NCBI RefSeq assembly: GCF_036321535.1 | Contig: NC_087454.1 | Coordinates: forward strand, 32,054,001-32,118,000 | Direction of reading: 5' to 3' | Length of the DNA stretch: 64,000 nt | From: Camelus dromedarius | Lineage: Eukaryota | Part shown: positions 12,476 to 23,359 of the stretch, one piece after another | Layout of the letters: each line of letters starts with the position of its first letter | Position numbering within the stretch: the stretch's first letter is position 1 | The notes under the pieces: model-generated | Seen by the model: only the letters and a program-made list of their open reading frames with translations | What the model was told of the DNA's origin: nothing | The model's database searches: none | Program-made: the position numbers and the translations under genes

Positions 12476-13417
12476 GTTAGTCTGCTAGTGTTTACAAACG
12501 ACTTTTGAGTCTGAGGTACAACTTGTCCACGTTAGCATGCCCCACAGTGACGATGAGAACTGAACACTCTCTCCCTCGCATAACTGAGACCTGGTGAGGT
12601 GAGAGAACAGACCTGAACGTTCAAGGGGCAGACAGAGCTTAGGGACTGAGCCCTACACGTGCAGTCCAGCCTCTGTCTACCACGAGCACCTGGAGCTGCT
12701 TTCAGACCCTCCTGAAGCTGGAAGAACCCTGTAAACGTGTTTCTGCTTTCCAGACCCAGAGCCATCCTCTTGGCCTTTGAGACAGGAGAGGAAGGAGACA
12801 GCGGCCCAGGTGAAGCCTCTCCTTGCTGGGAGGGGAACTCCAGAGGGAGAGGACTGGCTGTTCCAACACAAATCCAGTGACTAAACTTACGCATTTCAAG
12901 AGCTGCGCACAGGTGCCTTTCAGAGGCCCTGAACTCCCCCGCCTTACAGAGAATAAGCCTTGATTTCGATGAATGGTTCTGCCATAGTAATCCTGTCTGA
13001 GAAAGGCGTGGATTGCCAGGCCACTTTAAAAATACACTCCACTCTAACTCTGTTTCATTTCCCCCCGCTCCGCTTGCGCCTACGTAGAGTTCCTGTACCT
13101 CATGTGCTCATATAGTATCACCATAATCAGGCTAACGAGGGCTTAATGTTGCCACTATCGTAAAATAACTGCAAAGGGGCTCGAGAAGAACGCTGCTGAT
13201 TCTTTTTTCTTGAAGAGATCGTTAGATTAAATTTCAAGGTTTTTGGAAAATACTGAACTACAGTAATCAGCTTTAAGCCTAACCAGGTGACAGGCCCAAC
13301 CAACTACAGATGAAAGGGCCGAGGGCTTCCCCACGTGGAACAGCTGCTTGATGACTCTCCAGGCATCTCGCCAACGTCTCTGTCACACGTCCACATGGCA
13401 TGGCTACAGGCTCGATC

Positions 13418-13541
13418 AGCTTTCTTACCGTGTTTTTGGTCTGCGTCTATGGGCTACTACAAACTCAAGCTGGGAATGAGGAAGGCTACAGTCCCTCTTG
13501 TGTCTTAGACCCGAGCTTCTCAAACTCTCAGGTGCATCTGA
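13418..13541 (+). repeat. Local duplication, copy 2 (partner at 11546-11672)
   Basis: Direct repeat of the 11546 block, including the start of a MER5A. Confidence 0.95.
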
Positions 13542-13672
13542 GTCACCTGGGGCACTTGATAAAGTGCGGGTTCCGGCTGGTAGGTCTGTGGTGAGACCTG
13601 GGGAGTTTCCGTTTCCAACAAGCTCCCAAGTGATGCCGATGCTGCCCGTCCCTGCGCAACACTTTGAGGAGC
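13511..13672 (+). mobile_element. MER5A hAT MITE
   Basis: CTTCTCAAACT..TGCATCTGAGTCACCTGG..GGTAGGTCTGTGGTGAGACC..AACAAGCTCCCAAGTGATGCCGATGCTGC..CACTTTGAG. Confidence 0.85.
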
Positions 13673-15384
13673 AAGGTCTTAGAAAACGAAAGGAAATTAA
13701 CTGTGTAGCTTACAATGCAGCTTGGCACACTTCTAGGGCAGAAGCATCGCCGAATGTTTCCGGCTGCCAGGGCTGTGACGGCTCTAACCCTCTCCCCCAG
13801 CACCCTGGCAGAAATGATCCAGAGAACTGAGTCACTTCCATGTTTCCACCCTGTAGATGGGGCCCGGGTGATTTGCTTAACTAAAGTTAGGGAAGAAATA
13901 GACCTGCTATCCAATCTAGAGCTGTCTTCTGCAAATCTAGACCCTTGGAATTGCCAGATTTCTTCTTCAAAAATGTTGATATTGAGCATGTGTAGAAATG
14001 TCTGGGTGTATCTGGAACAGGTCTGAGCATATGCTGATCAACTCTAAACTGAATTAAAAGCAATGTGGTCCAATCACGGTGTGATGGCTAATGGGTTAAA
14101 ATGCAAAATATTCTCCTAATACGATATATTTTGAAAAGCACAACATCATAGCCTGTTTCAGTTATAATAACTTTCAAAGGAGAAAAGAGTAAGAAAAAAG
14201 TTTGAGAGCTAATTATTGCCAAAAGTGGCAAGAGAGGCAAAGAAAGGAGTGTTTGTCTTTTGGGGGTGGGGTGGGCATGGCCTTAGCCCCGCCTACATTT
14301 CCACCATGCTGTCAGTCTCTTTGACTTCTCCCCACCCCACCCCCAAGCCCTTGGTGGTCCTGAACCACGGAGAAAACCACCATCAGCTCAGCTGACGGCG
14401 AGAAAATAAGAAAAACCGTGAGAACTGTTTCTCTTCTCCTTTTGTAAAAACTCTCCTTAATCCTTGAATTCCCAAACTCTAGAAAGAAGCATAAATAAGT
14501 ACTTATGCAATTTATTTAATTTGGTTTAAAGTAGGTCTTTGGTAAGCCAAGGAGCAGAATCTAGGCCCCAACACCAAGCAAGTCTTTTGTCCACTTGGGT
14601 ATTCATAAAAGTTTAATGAATGAACTCATTTTGAAACAGCAGCTTGAGGAAACCACAATCAACATTCAGTGGCATAGTTCACATCTATTCAAGTACATCT
14701 ACTTTACTCCGGAGGAGAAATATTCTAGAACATATCCCGAAATCCACTGTCATGATATTTATCTATGACGCAGTGGAATGTTACAGAAGAATCGCAGAGC
14801 CTGAAGCTCAGATCAGTGATGGGACTTGTCCAATGTCACAAAACTGGTCTTTACAGAACTGGGGTTAAAACTCAGATCTCTCCTGAACATTTCTCAATTT
14901 AGCCTGCATCGTGTTATCCCATGCTGTCTCAACAATTCTATTTTCCTGATGTCAGTTTAAGATAGAAGTTCTCAAACTTGCCTGGCACATAAGCCCCTGG
15001 CCCAGAACCGTGGACCACACTCAGGCTTTCTCCACTCTCAGCTGATCCTGGAACCTCACCTTAGTTTGCTCTGAATTGCTGTGAAATGGCATTAAAGGTG
15101 AAATCATGTGCCAGAGGGAAATTTGCTACACTCTTTGTGGCAGGTTCCATGACAGAGTTTGCCCAGACTAGGAGCTTTATTCCCTTGTAGGTGAATGAGG
15201 GAAGAGAGGCTTCACTTCACCTGGGCTGGTCCCTCTGAGTGAGTGATGGACGGCGGGGACTGGGGTGCAAGAGCAGTGGCGGTACCTTAGCGTGGATCTC
15301 GGATGGCTTGGGAGTTACGGCCCTAGCTCTCTCTTAGTAAAAAGGGCTGTCGCTACAGAGAATGGTGCAGGATGTGCAAGGACT

Positions 15385-15600
15385 TAATATAGCATCATGG
15401 TGAGAATATAAACGCCAGTGCCTGACAGACCTGGACTTAAATCCCAGCTCCAACATGTACTCCATGGGGACCTCTTAGAAGTCACTTAACCTCCTGATCT
15501 TTAGGTTCCTAACTTACAAAATGGGAATAAAAATACTCCCTCTGACTCATAAGCTTGCAAAAATGACATGCGGTGTATAAAACACCACATCAGTTAGAAC
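15385..15600 (+). mobile_element. MIR SINE
   Basis: ATAGCATCATGGTGAGA..CAGACCTGGACTTAAATCCCAGCTC..GTCACTTAACCTC..CAAAATGGGAATAA. Confidence 0.8.
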
Positions 15601-18600
15601 AGAAACGAACATTCGATAAAGTAGCAATTTTTTTCTCCCTTATTAAGAGATAGAATCAGGAATGTAAGCTTAAATCTAAATATCAGAGAAGATCCTGACA
15701 GAGATGTCTTTTGAGGTTTTAGAATGAATTAGGGAAAGAAGTCTATGAAATAACTTTTCTTGGAAATCTTTAAAAAAAAAAAAAAAGTTGGTCCTTACTT
15801 TACGTGTTGGCTTAAGTTGCTCTTCTACTGAGACTGGAACGAAGTAATGAATGGCAACAACTTCCAAAGTAGGATGACGTACTCAAAATGTGCCCAAAGA
15901 AACACTCCTTTGTTAAGAGGTAGGAAAATCTATTCTTAAACGTGGTCCTATTCTTAAATGTGATACATTGGAGTACATACACTTCAGTTCAACGTCTATT
16001 CAGAGGTGTGTATTAATGGAATTTAGCAAGGAGGACAGGCTGCAGGAGAAGCAAAGCTGCTTCATTTCTTTCTCACCATTTGCCATGGGCCACATTTATC
16101 TGCTTCTTTACTTGGCCTTTTTCAGTGGCTAGAATAAAAAAAAACTGGGGACACGTGGAAATCATGACTTTCTTGGAACTATCCAGATGGCAAAGTGAGG
16201 TCGTGATGGGCTACCTAAGAAGCAGGGAATTATTACCTGCAACCACCTGAGCCCCTTGAATTATAATGAAAATATTTCTTGGGGTTTAGAGCAGTACTTG
16301 CTTAAGGATTTTGAGTGCCTGTCTCAATTTAATCAAGACTGGTTCCAACAAAACATTAGGTGTTTAATTTCAAAATTCAGTCTGGTCGCATTGTATTAAT
16401 GTATACAATATGGGTGCTTAAATAAGTGGGGAAAAATGGCCCCCAAATTATTAGGGTCAAAAAACAGTAGAGAAATCTGAACAGTGTAGAGAATACCTTT
16501 GAAATAAAAGGGTGTCATAGAGGTTTGAACAGTGATGATAATTTTCTGATGTTTCAGCATCAATGAGCAAATTAATCAACAAACTAATCAGTGATGTAAA
16601 TTCTGTCTGCATAGAGCTGGATAAGGTTTACCACGGGTGGGGAATAGAAGACTCGACAATATAAAGATTATAAGGACAGCCACAATTGTAGAGTTCATCT
16701 CATACAGGTGTAAGGGTTTCAGATTTTGGCATCTTTTCTACACAGCTTTTGAAAATGTGTACATGTCTCACTTCTGTAGCATTCTTGGCTGACTGCACCT
16801 TTTTTCATATCAGCTTTATCAGAGCCTCTGTTTAGAATCCTAAACCAGCAACTTCCTGTGTCCCTACTTGTCTGGATCACCTTGTCAAGATAATCATGCC
16901 TATCAAGTTCTAAACCTTTCTGTGCTCAGAACTACTTGGGTGTCTTTATAATACTCGGAAGATGCCCTTCTGATTGCCATAACCAAGGTTCTTGACCTCT
17001 TCTTTCTGTCAGTCAGTGCTTACACGTCTTCAGACTATCTCCAAGCTCTGACCTCCTGCTTCTTTTATGTAAGAGATTGCCAATTCCTCCTCACATTATC
17101 CAGCCACTGCTGTTTATTCTGCATTTCTCCTCAGCGATCGATTCTCTGCCCACCAACAGCATCATCCAGCACTCAAATTTTCCATATTGGCCAGAGTTGG
17201 GAAGATCAGGGACCCACGTGGGACAGAGGAAGGCAAAATGAATAAGAGGGCCAAAAAGGTATGTCTAAAAACTTCCCTCAAATCCCATACAATAGAAGTT
17301 CTCAAACTCTGTCATGGGTCAGCATCCCAGGGACTGCTTGAGCACCACTGTCACATAGGAATTGAAATCATTTCCAAATCACATAGAATCAAAACAAAAG
17401 GCCATCTCGCTTTGCTCTGTGCCAAGGAGTTCTCCACTTGAAGACCCTCTGTTGGGGTTCTAGGTATCCCCATATCCTATCGATTACACTTTGTATTACA
17501 TTAGTATGTGTGATGTTACATCCAGGTGCTCGAGAGGGCCCACTGCTCTCAGAAGATTCTCAAATTCCTTTACCCAAACATAGCTTAAGGACCCCACTGA
17601 CGCCATGCAAAGAAGAGTCAAGCCAACGCATCTGAGGAGACATTGCAATCAGAATGGAGCAGGAGAAGGGCTTTACAGATTAGAGAGCCAGTGTATAATT
17701 CACCTGTTCTTGATACGGTTAGCAGAATAATTCCACTAGTACGACCTTGCTCTTTGTAATCAGTTACTCCACATTCTTTTATGATTATCTACTGACTCCT
17801 ACCAAGATGTAGAGCATCCAACCAATCAGCCAGAAAGTTTAGATGGAGCATCTATTTTAGGCCCAGCATGGTGGACCCACGGATTTCAGAGTCCCTGCTT
17901 GCACGTAACTCGGAGTGAGGACCCTGGCATCTACGATTAAGCCTCATGAAGGTAAGAACCTTGCTTTTCTTGCCTCAGATGCTATTTTATGTGCCTAGAG
18001 GTGCACCTGGTAAATCATAGGAACACAAGCAATGATTATTAAAGGAGTGAATTAGAGACCTCGAGGGTTTGGACTGTAAATGTCATAATGATATTGCCAG
18101 ACAAAGAGAAACCCCACAGTGGCTGACTGGACAAAGTCCTTCCACCTGGAGAGCACTGCCGACCAAAGGAATTAAGGGATCCAACCAAGACTGCATGTGA
18201 ATAAACTGTAAACTTGCCTCAACAGGAAAAACAAACTGAAGTTTAAATATGTCACAGTTTCAAAATCTTTCTTTACACCGGATGTAAAAGCCTAGGACAG
18301 AACTCAGTCAAAAGACTGTAGGCGAGGAAGATTGCCTCTTTACTGCATCCTTTTCTTGAGTAAGCAGTAATGTCGATGGCCAAGGATTCAGGAAACAGAA
18401 AGTGTGTTGCCCAACTACATACATTCATCATGCTCCCTTCAATAAGTGTGAGGCAGGCAAGCCCTTACCTAGATTTCAAGCTGATGAATCATCTGTCCAG
18501 TTTCACTAGACCCCAAGGGACTGTTCCTCTGAACAAGGGGCTGAAACCCTGTCAGCCACTGATGCATTTCAACAAGGACAGCATGTTCAAAGGATGCAGG

Positions 18601-18839
18601 TTATGGGGTTTCCTGAGGAATCCCTGGTTTCTAAGTGCATTAAATCCTCCTTCAAGTCAGGAAAAAGAGCTTTTTTACCTCAAAAAAAATCCCAAGAAAG
18701 TTATTTTTAAACTGTGTACAGATGCCGACTATATCAAATAGGTAAATAGAAATACAGTGATTTCCTACTTCGTTTATTGAAACGGGGGGTCCCTCCCATT
18801 CCATGATCTCCCCAGAATCACACACACATACTCATATAC

Positions 18840-19818
18840 CTCAGAAGACAGAAAATTCCTTCTTTCAGGGAAACCCCTGTCTTGGGAATTCTTGGCTGTG
18901 CAGCCTCTGAGCATGCACAGGGTCGAGCACTCAAATGGTGCAGTGACTCCTTTGGAAGTCACATTTGTCCCTGAAACTTCAGTCACCTGGAGACTGCATG
19001 CCTCATTGCCTGCAGTAGCTGAGTCCTGACAGTGTGGAATGAGTTTAGAAATCTCATTTGAACATCAAAATCTGAATTGAGAGTTTAAACAGCACCATAT
19101 ATTTAATGCTGAAATAATCATTCACGGCAATTTTTTGCTGACTGTGATTTTCCCCTTTCTTTTGGTATTGGGCTGTTACAGTGATCTTGCTCTGGTTGGG
19201 ATTTTTTTTTTCTTTTTTCTTTTTTTTTGAGGAGGGGAAGGAAGATGACAGGACTCAGTAAACTAGTACATCAGTTAGCTGCACATCCCCATCTTCACAC
19301 ATAGAAAATCTCTGCTTCTTTTGCTCTGCAAACACATAACATAATTCCTGGAATCCCTACCACATTCACACCCACTGCTTTCAGACACACACACACAGGG
19401 CAGCGAAACACAAACTCTCTACATGTCCACATCAAGCCAGGCTGAAGATGTAAATAGGTGGATATGGCACCAGGTGGATGTGTAATCAGTAATAAGAAAT
19501 ACATCGAGCCCCAAAATGAAAAGAAATCCCCCAAACTGTTCAGGATTCCCCCTCCCCCTTCCATTCATTGATTTATTAACCCTGAACAAAGATGTAATTG
19601 CAGGGTCTCAGAAACAACTTTTTTTTTTCCATTTTGTTTTTCATTTTGGCATTTGTTTTGTTTGGCTTTGAATTTCTTAATATCTAGTCGTGCCATTTAT
19701 TGCCTGTTTTCTTCACTCAGTTGCCCATCATTTATTTCCCCCCAAAAATGAAAGAAGCATCAGCTTCTGAGTCTGAAGGATGAGACCTCTGCATTCTCTT
19801 TGCTTGTTTAGGGCGAGA
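18840..19818 (-). other. Putative non-coding 5' leader exon of an unidentified minus-strand gene
   Basis: Repeat-free segment next to the CpG island. Minus-strand donors GAG|GTATAT (exon end 18840) and CAG|GTGACT (18987). No long ORF and many ATGs. Inferred, with no transcript data. Confidence 0.4.
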
Positions 19819-20549
19819 NNNNNNNNNNNNNNNNNNNNNNNNNNNNNNNNNNNNNNNNNNNNNNNNNNNNNNNNNNNNNNNNNNNNNNNNNNNNNNNNNN
19901 NNNNNNNNNNNNNNNNNNNNNNNNNNNNNNNNNNNNNNNNNNNNNNNNNNNNNNNNNNNNNNNNNNNNNNNNNNNNNNNNNNNNNNNNNNNNNNNNNNNN
20001 NNNNNNNNNNNNNNNNNNNNNNNNNNNNNNNNNNNNNNNNNNNNNNNNNNNNNNNNNNNNNNNNNNNNNNNNNNNNNNNNNNNNNNNNNNNNNNNNNNNN
20101 NNNNNNNNNNNNNNNNNNNNNNNNNNNNNNNNNNNNNNNNNNNNNNNNNNTGTANNNNNNNNNNNNNNNNNNNNNNNNNNNNNNNNNNNNNNNNNNNNNN
20201 NNNNNNNNNNNNNNNNNNNNNNNNNNNNNNNNNNNNNNNNNNNNNNNNNNNNNNNNNNNNNNNNNNNNNNNNNNNNNNNNNNNNNNNNNNNNNNNNNNNN
20301 NNNNNNNNNNNNNNNNNNNNNNNNNNNNNNNNNNNNNNNNNNNNNNNNNNNNNNNNNNNNNNNNNNNNNNNNNNNNNNNNNNNNNNNNNNNNNNNNNNNN
20401 NNNNNNNNNNNNNNNNNNNNNNNNNNNNNNNNNNNNNNNNNNNNNNNNNNNNNNNNNNNNNNNNNNNNNNNNNNNNNNNNNNNNNNNNNNNNNNNNNNNN
20501 NNCCCGTCCCACCCCCTCCGGGCCGGCCCCCCGCCCCCTCCGCGCTCAC

Positions 20550-21100
20550 CCCCCACCACTCTGCCGGGTCTTTCCCGGCCCCACCTCCCTGCGCTCCTAC
20601 TACTCTTTCAAACACTGCAGCAAGTTGCAGCAAGGCGGGCAGATGCCGACCGCGCGCGCGGGGGCGGGCGGCGGGCTCTGCGGGGGCCCCGGGCCGACCC
20701 CTCCCCGGCCTCCCCGCGCCCCGGCCGCCTCCCGCGCCCCCTCTCACCGCGTAAGCAGCGATCCCGCGGTCTAGCCCTTCATCTCGGTGCTGCAGTCCCC
20801 CGGCCTCCCTGGCTGGAGGTGGTTCCGTGCGGAGCGTCCCACAGATGTGGATTTCCTCTCCGTCCTGGTGGGGTTCGGCGCCTAACTGGAACCATGTGGC
20901 TCGGTGTTGTAAGAAGCAGACATGTGCCCCACGAGGGGGGGCGGGAGGAGGGAGAAGAGACGGGCGGGAGCGCGGGGTCGGGGGGGGGGCGGTGGCAGCT
21001 AAGCTTTCCTTTTTTTAAGAGGCTGACAGTTATTTTTAGAGTTTTGTTTTCCCTCTTCTCTCCCCGCTGGAGTGAATGGAAGAGGACATGGTGAGGGCGC
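20550..21100 (-). other. Candidate non-coding first exon(s) of the minus-strand gene
   Basis: Minus-strand donors GCG|GTGAGA (exon end 20748) and GGG|GTGAGC (exon end 20550) within the CpG island. The TSS position is unknown. Confidence 0.4.
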
Positions 21101-21489
21101 CGCCGGCCCATTGGAGCGGTGGCGATCCGAGCCCGAGAAGGGCGGGGGGGCGGCGCGCGTGGAAGGAGGGACTCGAGGGCTCCCGGAGGAGGCAGCCTTT
21201 TCACCCCTCTGGTTTCCCTGTGCCCTCGAATTCGGCTTGTCGGCCCCAGAAAGGGAGCGGAGAGGATGATGCTGCATTTTTAACAAACCACAAAGCATGC
21301 AAGGGATTTCCTTGCAATGCTTTCCACGCTGTCGTTCCCCAGACTGGTCGGTTGCGGCCGAGGCTGCCAGAGACCCCAGCTATTGGCGGTGCGCTGAGGC
21401 TCTGGGGATCCTTCCTTGCTCTGGTGATTGGAGAGGAGGCGTTTGCGAATAGCAGTCGCCTATGGCTTGGGGTGTGTTGTGTTTGTGTT

Positions 21490-21522
21490 TGTGTGTGTGT
21501 GTGTGTGCGCGCGCGCGCGTGC
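21490..21522. repeat. (GT)8(GC)6 compound alternating purine-pyrimidine repeat
   Basis: TGTGTGTGTGTGTGTGTGCGCGCGCGCGCGTGC read directly. Confidence 0.95.
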
Positions 21523-23359
21523 TGGAAGTGAACATCCGCAGGCAATATGTGGTTTCTCATAAAATCTTACATTCACTATCTGCACTTTTGAAATTTAGGA
21601 CCAAAAGTTCTTAAAGCTGGTTTGTTTCAGTCTCCTTCCTCCATTTCCCCTTCCACCCATCACCCCTGAGGCCTGAATTATTCTGAGATGAAGTGAGTGA
21701 GAGGTTATCTAATTTTTTCCTAGGAGTGGAATTCCAGAAATGAACAGGTTGGGACACCCACCACATAGTCTTTGCCGGAATAAAGAGGGTAGGTAGGTAG
21801 GTAGGAGGAAACACATGAGAGTCAACTAATGTGTGAAACAGTGAGGCACCTTCACCACATGGGAAAGAAAACTTCCTTCCAGGTGCAGTTCCTCCCTCAA
21901 AACCTAACAGTGTGAAGGGGAGGAACCCTCTGCAGATCAGAGCAGTTTCAAAAACTTTAATATTAATGTGTGTGGTGTGTGTGTGTGTGTAGTATTTTCT
22001 ACCTATTGGGGCTTTCACAAGTTCACGTTCTGGAAAGAATATGAAGAAATTTTGAGGCCAAGTACTTAAGTTTGATTGTGAACTGGAGATCTGCTTTCCA
22101 ACATTTCTGTTTTCTGCACTGACCTAGTAGAGAAGATTGAATTTCAAGAGATGACTCCACTCACACTCTCTTAATCACAATGAAACGGCCCATCCTTCAT
22201 AAGATGCTTAGAGATGAATCCATCAATGCGTACAAACAAGCCCAAGGACTTATCTGCTTAATAGATGCCTTTGTTTTTGCTAATGGATCAGTTCTTCAGT
22301 TCAGGAGACCAATGAGACAGCAGAGAGCTCAGAAACAGGGGCAAAGCTTACGGTCAGGGGTCTAAAAGTGGTGTTGTTCATAAGGTTAAAGTAAAGTCTT
22401 AGCCTTTTAAAATGAAAAGTATTCTTGGTGACCATTCAGCTTGAATTCCTACCCAGGGCAGAAACAGCTTCTATAATATCCCTGACAGTTTTCTACCCAG
22501 CCCAGGCTGCAAAATTCTCACATCTAAGAAACCACTAATTTTTCTAGGAACCACCGTTAGACAGAATTTTCCCGAGTTCAGCTGAACTCAGTGTCCTTGC
22601 AACATTCAGGGTCTAGTCCTCCCTCTCCTTAAGCAGGAAGAGTCCCCTTTGCCTCCAACTGTCACGTCATGCAATGTATTCCATTAGTGCCAAGTGGTGG
22701 GAAATTGTTTTTGGCCCTATAGCAAAGAGGAAGTGTGTTTGTCACCCATTTTCTACACCCTCTTCATTAAGTATATCTGGCCATATCATCTACATGAAAT
22801 TGCCTAAGAAATAGTCTTTTTGCAAAATATAGAATAATAGATTTTAGGAATGGATGGTATTGAGCAAGTTGCCTACTCCATTTTATAGATAAAGACATTT
22901 TATAGATAAAGAACTGTACAGGTTAAGTGACTTCAAGGCTACACTCAGAGTTATTTGCAACACCAGACACTGGTGTTGGTCTCTTGTTTCTTGATCCCTG
23001 GCAGCTTTGAGTCAGATCCACCCCTCTCTTTCTCACAATGAGCAAATATGTCAGAATTATTCCTCACTTCTGACTCTCTCCATGTCCCACCCCTCCTTCC
23101 TCAGTAAATTCAGCAGGATCAGAGAAGAATAAAGTTACCAATGGATAATTGACTAAATAATTTATGATACATCCCTATGATGATCTACTTTGATATAAAT
23201 ACACATAGTGTTGTAAGATTATAATGACATGAAAATACATTCACTAAATGCTAAGTGAGAAAGTATGCACAGTATGAAACCACTTGGAAAAATAAAAATA
23301 GACTCATAGAAAAAAGATGAAATCTGCATCAAAGTGTTTACTGGAAGATGATAGGTAGC

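Larger units (their letters stand above)
20503..21530. promoter_or_regulatory. CpG island promoter, probably extending into N-masked 19819-20502
   Basis: Abrupt GC- and CpG-rich block, GC boxes (GGGCGG), ATTGG boxes at 21110, 21382 and 21427, and promoter-proximal splice donors. Confidence 0.9.

Noticed and set aside
13845-13865. CCTGTAGATGGGG as a CTCF site
   Set aside because: Two mismatches at informative core positions make it too weak to call.
19728-20754. Long track ORFs of 234-339 aa across the promoter
   Set aside because: They are made mostly of X from N runs, and the rest is low-complexity Pro/Gly/Ala/Arg from GC skew.
18840-21530. Assigning a gene symbol to the CpG-island gene
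   Set aside because: No coding exon is in the window and I do not recognise the leader sequence with confidence; it needs a BLAST or synteny lookup.
20779-21560. Overlapping 60-151 aa ORFs in the CpG island
   Set aside because: Stop codons are rare in GC-rich DNA, the ORFs are open on both strands, and I recognise no domain or homolog.
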